Shown: positions 17,016 to 24,648 of the stretch, one piece after another
Layout: every line of letters begins with the position of its first letter
Numbering within the stretch: the first letter of the stretch is position 1
DNA from: Hyphomicrobiales bacterium
GTDB taxonomy: Bacteria; Pseudomonadota; Alphaproteobacteria; Rhizobiales; Xanthobacteraceae
Direction: 5' to 3'
DNA length: 38,459 bases
Assembly (NCBI GenBank): GCA_003164375.1
Contig: PLTE01000108.1
Span: 1-38,459 of the forward strand
Notes under the pieces: generated by a model
Database searches by the model: none
What the model saw: the letters and a program-made list of their open reading frames with translations, nothing else
What the model was told of the DNA's origin: nothing
Made by a program: the position numbers and the translations under genes

Positions 17016-18875
17016 ATGGGACTCTCTCAGGCGTTAGCCTCCGCTGTGGCCGGGGTAAATACGACCCAGCGCAGCCTGTCGGTCATCGCCGGCAACGTGG
17101 CGAACTCCAACACTCCCGGCTATGTCGACGAAAGCGTCAATCAGGTCGAGCTCGCGGCCGGCGGCCAGGCCGGGACGAGCGTCGCGGTCGACGGCATCAA
17201 TCGCAATCTCAACACGTTGTTGCAGAGCCAGTTGTGGACCGAAACGTCGGGCGGTTCCTACGCCGATACGACGGCGTCGCTCTATCAGCAGCTTCAGAAT
17301 GTCTACGGTACGCCGGGATCGTCGACCTCGTTCGATGCGATCTTCAATAATTTCACCAGCGCCCTGCAGTCGCTGTCGACGAGCCCCAGCTCCTACTCCG
17401 CTCAGTCCGCCGTGGTCAGTTCCGCGCAAGCCGTGGCGCAAAATCTCAATTCGATGACCGGGAATATCCAGCAACTGCGCACGCAGGCCGAACAGGGCAT
17501 CGCCAATGACGTGACGACTGCGAACAGCATGTTGACGCAGATCGCCCAAATCAACCAGCAATTGACCGGGGTCACCACGTCCGACAGCGCCAACGCGGCG
17601 CTCGAGGACCAGCGCGACCAGGATATCACACAGCTCACCCAGTTGATGAACGTCAACGTGGTCCAGAATTCCGACAATCAGATTTCGCTCTTCACCGGCA
17701 CCGGCCAGCAACTGGTCAGCGGGTCGCAGGCCTCGCAGCTTTCGTTCAACAACGCGGGATCGCTGTCGCCGACCGCGCAGTGGAGCGCCAATCCGAGCCA
17801 GGACGGCGTCGGCACAATTATGCTGACTTCGCCCGGCGGCGGCACGACCACGGATCTGGTCGCCACCAACGCCATCCAGTCGGGCCAGATCGGCGCCTAT
17901 CTGCAGATGCGCGACACCATCTTGCCGCAGGCGCAGAGCCAGCTCGACGAGATGGCCAATCAGATGTCGCAGGCGCTGTCGAACCAAACGACGTCTGGGA
18001 CGACAGCGACGTCGGGTTCGCAGTCCGGTTATAGCGTCGATGTCGGCTCGATTGTGCCCGGCAATACTGTTCAACTGACGTACACAAATTCCCAAAACGT
18101 CCAACAAACCGTCACCATCGTCGCGCTGGGCGCCGGCGGGGCGGTACCGGCGCAAGCGTCCTCGGCCAATAACCAGGTGATCGGCGTCAATTTTTCCGGC
18201 GGCATGAGTTCGGTCGTGTCGCAGCTCAATTCGGTGCTCGGCACCAACCTGCAATTCTCGAACCCGTCCGGCACGGTCTTGCAGGTGGTCAACAACGGCA
18301 GCGGCAACGTCGTCAATTCGCTTTCGGCGACCTCGACGGTGACGTCGCTGACCAGCGGTAGCCCGCAGCTTTCGCTGTTCACCGACGGAACCGCGCCGAT
18401 TACCGGCGCGCTCACCGCGGACGGTTCGCAGACCACGGGCCTGGCCGGAACTATCGAAGTCAATCCCGCGATCGTCGCCTCGCCGTCGAGCTTGGTCGCC
18501 TATGCATCGACGACCGCGTCGGGCGACCCGACGAGGCCGAACTTCATCCTCAACCAGATGACCGACGCTTCGCTGACCTATTCGCCTGATACCGGCTTCG
18601 GCAGCGCGGCCGCGCCCTATAGCGGTACGCTGAGCGATTACATGAGCCAGGTCGTCAGCCAGCAATCGCAAGCCGCCAACGCGGCGACGAACTTGCAGCA
18701 AGGCCAGGACACCGTCGTCACCGCGTTGCAGCAGCGCTTCAACGATCAGTCCGGCGTCAATATCGATACCGAAATGTCGAACCTGATTGCGCTGCAAAAT
18801 GCTTACGGCGCCAATGCACGCGTCATGAGCACGATTCAACAAATGATGTCGGCGCTAATGCAAGCGGTACAGTAA
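17016..18875 (+). CDS. flgK: flagellar hook-associated protein 1 FlgK
   Basis: N-terminus MGLSQALASAVAGVNTTQRSLSVIAGNVANSNTPGYV. C-terminus GVNIDTEMSNLIALQNAYGANARVMSTIQQMMSALM. Confidence 0.9.
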   Translation: MGLSQALASAVAGVNTTQRSLSVIAGNVANSNTPGYVDESVNQVELAAGGQAGTSVAVDGINRNLNTLLQSQLWTETSGGSYADTTASLYQQLQNVYGTPGSSTSFDAIFNNFTSALQSLSTSPSSYSAQSAVVSSAQAVAQNLNSMTGNIQQLRTQAEQGIANDVTTANSMLTQIAQINQQLTGVTTSDSANAALEDQRDQDITQLTQLMNVNVVQNSDNQISLFTGTGQQLVSGSQASQLSFNNAGSLSPTAQWSANPSQDGVGTIMLTSPGGGTTTDLVATNAIQSGQIGAYLQMRDTILPQAQSQLDEMANQMSQALSNQTTSGTTATSGSQSGYSVDVGSIVPGNTVQLTYTNSQNVQQTVTIVALGAGGAVPAQASSANNQVIGVNFSGGMSSVVSQLNSVLGTNLQFSNPSGTVLQVVNNGSGNVVNSLSATSTVTSLTSGSPQLSLFTDGTAPITGALTADGSQTTGLAGTIEVNPAIVASPSSLVAYASTTASGDPTRPNFILNQMTDASLTYSPDTGFGSAAAPYSGTLSDYMSQVVSQQSQAANAATNLQQGQDTVVTALQQRFNDQSGVNIDTEMSNLIALQNAYGANARVMSTIQQMMSALMQAVQ

Positions 18876-20387
18876 ATGAGCATCACCGGGCCCGGGTCGA
18901 TCGCCGCTCTGAATATTCAGGCGGTCAACAATATGAATAACCAGCTCAACACGTTGAGCACGGAACTTGGCACCAACCAGGCGGCCCAAACCTATTCCGG
19001 CCTCGGCTCGCAGGCCGGCGTGGCGCTGGCCTTGAACGCGCAGCTTTCGGCGATCAACGGTTATAGCAACACCGCCACGACGGTTGGCACGACGCTGAGC
19101 GTCGCGCAATCGACGTTGACGCAACTCGGCAGCAGCGGAAGCTCGGTTCAACAGGCGATCAACCAGCAAGGCGCCTTCAGCCTGAACAGCAACGGACAGA
19201 CGACGACTCAGGCAGCCGCCGCCACGCAGCTCGGCGAGATCCTGTCCCTACTCAACACCCAGGTCGGCAATAATTATATTTTCTCGGGCAGCGCGACGAC
19301 CCAGCCGTCAGTCGCCAGCATGTCCGACATCCTCAACGGCAATGGCGCGCAAGCGGGTTTCACGCAGGTGATGGCGCAACGCCTGCAGGCCGATCAAGGC
19401 GCCAATGGGCTCGGCCGCCTGGTCATTCCGGCGCCCTCAGCCTCGACTGTTTCGATCAGCGAGGATGCCGCCAACTCGCCGTTCGGGTTCAAGCTTGCGA
19501 GCGTGAATTCGTCGCTGACCGGTGCGACCGTCACCGGCCCGACCGGCTCGCCCGCGTCGATCTCGGTCGATTTGGGCTCCAATCCCAATGCCGGCGATTC
19601 GATCGCGTTCGGCCTCACGCTTCCCGACGGCTCAAGCCAAACCATCACGCTACAAGCCACCACGGCCTCGCCGGCGGGCACCAACCAGTTCACCATTGGT
19701 GCGACGCCCGCAGACACCGCAACCAATCTGCAGGCGGCGCTGAGCGCCGCGGTCGGCAATCTCGATCAGACCGCGCTGCCGGCTGCATCCGCCGTCGCCG
19801 CGGCCGATAACTTCTTCAGCTCAGACCCACCCCAACGGGTCGCCGGGCCGCCCTACGACTCGGCCACCTCATTGGCAAACGGGACTTCGGCGAACACCGT
19901 ATTCTGGTACACCGGCGAAAACGGCAGCACGCCGGCGCGGCAGACCGCGACCGCCCAGGTCGGTCCCTCGACGACCATCGATTACGGCATGCGCGCCAAC
20001 GAGCAGGCGATCAGCACGCTGGTCGCGAACGTGGCCGTCCTTGCGGCAACGACCTATTCGGCAAGCGATCCGAACGCCGGAGCGAATTACCAGGCGTTGA
20101 GCCAGAAGGTGACGGCGAACCTCGACGGTCAATCCGGTACCCAGTCGATCGACGATATCGAGGCCGATCTTGCGAATTCGCAGACCACGGTCAGCAACGC
20201 CACCGCACTGAATACGCAGACGCAAACCACGCTACAGGACATGATGCAAAACATCGACGGTATCAATCAAAACCAGATCGGTGAACAGATCCTAACATTG
20301 CAGAACAGTCTGTCAGCCTCGTTGTCGGTGACCGCACGCATGGCGCAGCTCAGCCTGGTCAATTTTCTGGCGCCGTCAACGGGCTAA
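18876..20387 (+). CDS. flgL: flagellar hook-associated protein 3 FlgL (flagellin-fold)
   Basis: The ATG directly abuts the flgK stop. Flagellin-like N- and C-terminal helices are present (…QILTLQNSLSASLSVTARMAQLSLVNFL), and the gene sits immediately after flgK. Confidence 0.8.
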   Translation: MSITGPGSIAALNIQAVNNMNNQLNTLSTELGTNQAAQTYSGLGSQAGVALALNAQLSAINGYSNTATTVGTTLSVAQSTLTQLGSSGSSVQQAINQQGAFSLNSNGQTTTQAAAATQLGEILSLLNTQVGNNYIFSGSATTQPSVASMSDILNGNGAQAGFTQVMAQRLQADQGANGLGRLVIPAPSASTVSISEDAANSPFGFKLASVNSSLTGATVTGPTGSPASISVDLGSNPNAGDSIAFGLTLPDGSSQTITLQATTASPAGTNQFTIGATPADTATNLQAALSAAVGNLDQTALPAASAVAAADNFFSSDPPQRVAGPPYDSATSLANGTSANTVFWYTGENGSTPARQTATAQVGPSTTIDYGMRANEQAISTLVANVAVLAATTYSASDPNAGANYQALSQKVTANLDGQSGTQSIDDIEADLANSQTTVSNATALNTQTQTTLQDMMQNIDGINQNQIGEQILTLQNSLSASLSVTARMAQLSLVNFLAPSTG

Positions 20388-20417
20388 GACGAAGGCGTTG
20401 CGGCGGATAACTGAAGA

Positions 20418-21371
20418 TTACCCGGCACGATCGATCGGCGTTTCACTGCGGCGGGTTGCAGTTCTGACGAATATTGAATCGGCGGCGCAGGTCGCATTGC
20501 GGCCAAAATTGTCGGTAAAACGCGTGTCGACCAGATACTCGCCGGGATGCGCACCGACGAAGTCGCGGATCGCCTGCCGTTTCACGTCGCTGTCTTCGAC
20601 GACCAGATAATCGCCGGGCGACAGCACCGGGTGGAACTGTTCAAGCACGCCGATGACGTTGTGATGCGCGTCCTCGACGACGAGCCATGGATGCGGCTCC
20701 GAGTGGAGAAGGTCGGAATCGAACAGCCGTTCCGGGGCGGAACAATCGCCCTGATAGAATTTGACGTGCGGATACTCCATCTCGACCTTGACCCGGTCGA
20801 CCGAATGGACCTGCCCTTGGATGCCGCTCAGCGCCAGATTATCTGCAAACCAGACGGCACTTGCGCCGAGGCCGGATCCGATTTCGAAAATGGTTTGCGG
20901 GCGCAGCTCCGCGATCAGCGCCGGGTACATGGCGAAATCGAAGACGTTCTTCATCAGCGGCGTGCCGCGCCAGCGCATCAGTGACGGTGCGCCCTGGCAG
21001 GTCAGCAGCACGTCGAGGCCGAACTCGGTGCCGAACCGCGGATGATAATGGACACCCGATCGCTCGCGCTCGGAATACTCGACCAGATGGCCCTGCACCC
21101 AGCGATCGAGGAACAGCCGCAGGCGCATCAAGTCCCATTGCAGGCTAAGGTCTTGCGCGGGCGGCCGCGCGGCATTTTCGCGGACGCTGTCCTCCCACGA
21201 ACGGCTCGGATCGAAAGCGATCAAGCGCGTCAGGACGCGCGTAAACCAACTGTCGAAGATGCTGTGCAGGCCATTTTGTTCGCGCTCAACCTTGTCGCGC
21301 ATTTCACTCAAGAATTTGAGCGCAGCCGCCTTCAAGGCGTCGCCGGAAATCAAAGTTGCCTCGGTCGTCAT
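20418..21371 (-). CDS. CmcI-family (cephalosporin hydroxylase / rhamnosyl O-methyltransferase family) SAM-dependent methyltransferase
   Basis: WRGTPLMKNVFDFAMYPALIAELRPQTIFEIGSGLGASAVWFAD matches the CmcI core pattern (G.P..K...D...Y..L..E.KP..IIE.G...GGSA.W.A) from memory. A later VVEDAHH motif is also present. Confidence 0.7.
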   Translation of the reverse strand: MTTEATLISGDALKAAALKFLSEMRDKVEREQNGLHSIFDSWFTRVLTRLIAFDPSRSWEDSVRENAARPPAQDLSLQWDLMRLRLFLDRWVQGHLVEYSERERSGVHYHPRFGTEFGLDVLLTCQGAPSLMRWRGTPLMKNVFDFAMYPALIAELRPQTIFEIGSGLGASAVWFADNLALSGIQGQVHSVDRVKVEMEYPHVKFYQGDCSAPERLFDSDLLHSEPHPWLVVEDAHHNVIGVLEQFHPVLSPGDYLVVEDSDVKRQAIRDFVGAHPGEYLVDTRFTDNFGRNATCAADSIFVRTATRRSETPIDRAG

Positions 21372-21398
21372 GGGATTTCCTTCCCGACCGGCACGCGC

Positions 21399-22244
21399 CT
21401 AAGCACCGGCGAATTGCGACGCCAGATCGCCGCAAAACGTCATCGGGCCGACGTGGTTGAGCTTGCTTCCAAGATCCGCCCAGATCTCGCCGCCGAGTTC
21501 AATCCAGCGCTTGCAAAAGGCGAAATCCTCGCTGAGGTAGGTGCCGTCATCGGCGATCATGCATTCGAACAAAGCGAAGCGGTTGTCGCTTGCGGTCGCG
21601 GCATCGACGGAATGATCGCGTTTGTAGCGCAGCTGCGGATAATGTGCGCACATTTTTGCCAGCGCTTGGCGCCGGATCATGAGAAAACCGGTGCCGGCGT
21701 ACCGCACCTTGACGAAGCCACCTTTCTCGATGACGGCGTTGGGATCGTCGACCTCGAACACATATTTTAAGGCCGCGCCCGCCGCGTTGGGTCGCCCGCC
21801 CTCGATCGTCGTCTTCACCCTGTCCCAGTCGATCCGCTTGATCGGATAGATCGCGGCACACATGTCGGCGCCGCATTCGATCAGACGCAGCACTTGATCC
21901 GGCTCGAAGCCGATGTCGGCGTCGATAAACAACAGGTGGGTGGCATCCGGATCGTCCAGGAATTGGGAGATCAGGCTCGCCCGCGCCCGCGTGATCAGCG
22001 CGTCGCCGTCCTTGAACAAGATCTTGAGGTTGAAGTCGCTATAGGCGCGGATCAACTTTTGCAGCTTAAACAGCGAGGCTGCATAAAGCACCGAAATCTG
22101 TCCGCCGAAGCACGGTGTGGCGATGACGAGATTGACGGTGTTAGGGGCCGTGGCGGTTCCCGCCAGCTCGGCGGCGGTCCTGCCGGCGGGAGGCGCTGCG
22201 CGGGCGCCGCCGGCCTTGTGATCGGACTCCGAGGCAGTCGACAT
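21399..22244 (-). CDS. putative GT-A-fold (family 2-like) glycosyltransferase
   Basis: VNLVIATPCFGGQISVLYAASL...ITRARASLISQFLDDPDATHLLFIDADIGFEPDQVLRLI. This is the usual GT-A layout with a DxD motif (DAD). The exact family was not identified. It is probably co-transcribed with the methyltransferase downstream (27-nt gap). Confidence 0.5.
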   Translation of the reverse strand: MSTASESDHKAGGARAAPPAGRTAAELAGTATAPNTVNLVIATPCFGGQISVLYAASLFKLQKLIRAYSDFNLKILFKDGDALITRARASLISQFLDDPDATHLLFIDADIGFEPDQVLRLIECGADMCAAIYPIKRIDWDRVKTTIEGGRPNAAGAALKYVFEVDDPNAVIEKGGFVKVRYAGTGFLMIRRQALAKMCAHYPQLRYKRDHSVDAATASDNRFALFECMIADDGTYLSEDFAFCKRWIELGGEIWADLGSKLNHVGPMTFCGDLASQFAGA

Positions 22245-22339
22245 CGAGGTTCGTTCCTTCGTCGATCCGGCGCTGTCGGGTGTTGCGGCGCGACGGAGCG
22301 ACTTTGTAATTATGGTTAAGCAATAGCGAAGAGAAATGG

Positions 22340-22354
22340 TTAATGGCGACTTAA
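22340..22354. promoter_or_regulatory. CtrA-type box TTAA-N7-TTAA
   Basis: TTAAtggcgacTTAA is an exact match to the core consensus. It lies in the AT-rich divergent region between the GT-A gene (start 22244) and the flagellin gene (start 22629), about 100 nt upstream of the GT-A start. Confidence 0.55.
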
Positions 22355-22628
22355 GTGACTACGTAAAAAATCGATGAAGTTGTTAAAACTCATGCCGCTA
22401 CTGCATCGCCGGGTCTGAAGCGTCAGTGCTCATAGCGTCGGGCATTGATTTAGATCATAGCGTTAGTTTCGCCGCCGAAAACCAAATCCAGTACGGGTTT
22501 ACACGTCTTTAAACGAATTGCGTCAAACCTTCGGCAGCCGATCGGTTTGATCGGAACCTGCACTCGCCGGTACGGCACGTACAGCAAGTGCACGCCAGTA
22601 CGTCCTGTAACCAGAAGGGTACGCGAAT

Positions 22629-24467
22629 ATGTCTGACATCACCTTGAGCAGTGGCATTCGGCAGAACTTGCTGGCCCTGCAGAACACGTCCAACGACTTG
22701 AATACCACGCAGGAACAGCTTGCGACCGGTAAGAAGGTCAATACGGCGTTCGACAATCCGACCTCCTATTTCACCTCGCAGTCGCTGACCAACCGGTCCA
22801 ACGACCTGAGCGCGCTTCTCGACCAGATCGGTCAGGCGCAGCAGACGTTGAACGCGGCCAACGACGGCCTCACCGGCTTGACGAGCCTGCTCGAACAGGC
22901 GCTGTCAACAGCGCAGCAGGCGCAACAGGCGACCACGGGCACCGTGACCTATAGCGGCACGCAAACCGGCAGCGCAATTGTCGCCGACACGACGCAAGCC
23001 GTCAGCACGACCAGTTTCGCCAGTGCGGTCAGCGCTTCAACGGCTTCGGTGCAGACCAAGTCGACGTTCGACTCCGCCGGCATCGGCCAGCTGACGAGCG
23101 GCGATACCCTGACCTATTCGCTCGCCGGCACCACGGTGACGGCCACGTTCGGCGCCGCGACCGATACGACCACCAACACCTTCAGCAACGTCGCCGGCCT
23201 GATCAGCGTTCTGCAGAGCGGCACCGGCGCCAGCGGCAACCTCAGCGCTGTGGCGAGCATCACCAACGTCGGCGGCAACGTCCAGGTGCTCGGTGACGAT
23301 CTCACCCACAACCTGACGACAAGCGCCACCAGCACCAACCTCACCGCCGGCAATTTTACAAGTAACACCTCGGCTGCCACGCTTGGCGATGCGCTGACGA
23401 TTTCTGACGGTGAAGGTCACACGTCGTCATTCTACTACGTTGCCGCCAATGCCGTTTCTGCAAGCGACACCTTCACGAGCTCGGCCAATCTTGTCAGCGC
23501 CATCAGCGGCTCCAACCTGGGCAGCACGGTCACAGCGACCGTTCCAAGCTCCGGCGCCAACAATGGCAAACTCGTGCTCAGCAGCCCGGATGGGGCCATC
23601 ACAGTCGGTGGAGCTTTCGGCAACACCGATCTGGGTCTGTCCTCGACGGCTTACAAAAACAACTACAACTCGACATTGGCAGGGCTTGCCGCCGACAGCA
23701 CGCTGACGATCCAGGTCGGCACCGACGCGGTAAATACGCTGACCTTCGGCACCGGCAACGGCCAGATCTCGACCCTGGCGGGGCTCAATAGCGCGCTTTC
23801 GGCCATCGGAGATATCTCCGCATCGGTCAACTCGCAGGGCAAGATCGTGTTGGCGCCGACAAGCTCGAACATCGTCACCATCGGCGGCACCGCCGGGACG
23901 GTGAGCTCGCTCGGCTTCTCCAGCGGCGTCACTACGCCGACTGCGACGGTCGTCACCCCGAGCTCGACCCGCGCCACGCTGCAGAGCAACTATAATGCCC
24001 TGCTGACGCAGATCGATCAGCTCGCCGGGGACTCGTCCTATAACGGCGTCAACCTGCTCGCCGGCAACAACCTGACGGTCAACTTTAATGAGAACGGCAC
24101 CAGCGGTCTGACGATCGGCGGCGTCAACTTCAGCTCGTCGGGGCTTGGACTGTCGGCGATCAGCGGCAACGGTTTCCAGGACAACACCAACATTGCGTCC
24201 ACGGAAACCGCGATCAACAACGCAATCACCAACGTGCGGGCCCAAACCGAGACGTTCGGCACCAACTCGTCGACCATCTCGACCCGCCAGACGTTCGAAA
24301 CCAACCTGATCAACACCCTGCAGACGGGCGCCAGCAATCTCGTGCTGGCCGATCAGAACCAAGCTAGCGCCAACTTGCTGACCGAGCAAACCCAGCAGCA
24401 GTTGGAAATCTCCGCACTGTCCATCGCCAATCAGGCGGACCAGTCGGTGCTCAAGCTGTTCGGCTAA
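22629..24467 (+). CDS. fliC: flagellin (large 612-aa type, as in Bradyrhizobium thick-flagellum FliC)
   Basis: N-terminus MSDITLSSGIRQNLLALQNTSNDLNTTQEQLATGKKVNTAFDNPTSYFTSQSL. C-terminus QASANLLTEQTQQQLEISALSIANQADQSVLKLFG. The central domain is Ser/Thr-rich and repetitive. The RBS is GAAGGG, and an intrinsic terminator follows. Confidence 0.9.
   Translation: MSDITLSSGIRQNLLALQNTSNDLNTTQEQLATGKKVNTAFDNPTSYFTSQSLTNRSNDLSALLDQIGQAQQTLNAANDGLTGLTSLLEQALSTAQQAQQATTGTVTYSGTQTGSAIVADTTQAVSTTSFASAVSASTASVQTKSTFDSAGIGQLTSGDTLTYSLAGTTVTATFGAATDTTTNTFSNVAGLISVLQSGTGASGNLSAVASITNVGGNVQVLGDDLTHNLTTSATSTNLTAGNFTSNTSAATLGDALTISDGEGHTSSFYYVAANAVSASDTFTSSANLVSAISGSNLGSTVTATVPSSGANNGKLVLSSPDGAITVGGAFGNTDLGLSSTAYKNNYNSTLAGLAADSTLTIQVGTDAVNTLTFGTGNGQISTLAGLNSALSAIGDISASVNSQGKIVLAPTSSNIVTIGGTAGTVSSLGFSSGVTTPTATVVTPSSTRATLQSNYNALLTQIDQLAGDSSYNGVNLLAGNNLTVNFNENGTSGLTIGGVNFSSSGLGLSAISGNGFQDNTNIASTETAINNAITNVRAQTETFGTNSSTISTRQTFETNLINTLQTGASNLVLADQNQASANLLTEQTQQQLEISALSIANQADQSVLKLFG
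23076..23918 (+). repeat. three divergent copies of the same module forming the flagellin central domain
   Basis: The clearest copy is DSTLTIQVGTDAVNTLTFGTGNGQISTLAGLNSALSAIGDISASVNSQGKIVLAPTSSNIVTIGGTAGTVSSLGF. Two weaker copies start at GDTLTYSLAGTTVTATFG and GDALTISDGEGHTSSFYY. Confidence 0.6.
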
Positions 24468-24496
24468 TTTCTTCTGGTACAGGTCTTCTGGTGAAG

Positions 24497-24525
24497 GCGG
24501 CGGGGCGAAAGCTCCGCCGCTTTTT
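24497..24525 (+). terminator. intrinsic terminator after the flagellin gene
   Basis: GCGGCGGGGC-GAAA-GCTCCGCCGC forms a 10-bp stem (one G-U pair) with a GAAA tetraloop, followed by TTTTT. It lies 30 nt after the flagellin stop codon. Confidence 0.85.
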
Positions 24526-24592
24526 CGTGGCGAATGGTCGGAGGCTGCACGGTGTCCTGCTCGTTATTGTGTGGCCGCTATTTTTCGGACGC

Positions 24593-24608
24593 TTAGCAAG
24601 CCCTTAAC
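24593..24608. promoter_or_regulatory. near-consensus CtrA box TTAG-N7-TTAAC upstream of flbT-flaF
   Basis: TTAGcaagcccTTAAC has one mismatch. It ends 41 nt upstream of the flbT GTG. Confidence 0.35.
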
Positions 24609-24648
24609 CCGCATCCGTGACGATGGATCGCCTCATAAGGATTCACGC

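Noticed and set aside
17034-18842. 602-aa ORF on the minus strand, antisense to flgK
   Set aside because: It lies entirely within the well-supported flgK gene on the opposite strand. The product is extremely Arg/Gly/Asp-rich with no recognisable motifs, which is typical of a high-GC shadow ORF.
22430-22463. 9-bp direct repeat TCATAGCGT (22430-22438 and 22455-22463) in the flagellin upstream region
   Set aside because: A 9-mer repeat within a ~380-nt region is not far from chance expectation, and there is no symmetry or known motif.
22510-22542. Possible sigma28 promoter (TAAA ... GCCGAT) upstream of the flagellin gene
   Set aside because: The spacer between TAAA and GCCGAT is 23 nt, against the ~15 nt expected. 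The alternative CAAA gives 9 nt. I could not identify the flagellin promoter.
22573-22588. Possible sigma54 promoter (cGGCACGtacaGCAAg) upstream of the flagellin gene
   Set aside because: The GC of the -12 element is 2 nt out of register with the GG-N10-GC spacing. A second candidate, GGAACC...TCGC, is 1 nt out. Neither is credible.
23427-24389. 320-aa minus-strand ORF (and several shorter ones) antisense to the flagellin gene
   Set aside because: The flagellin frame has canonical conserved termini, whereas the antisense ORF has shadow composition.
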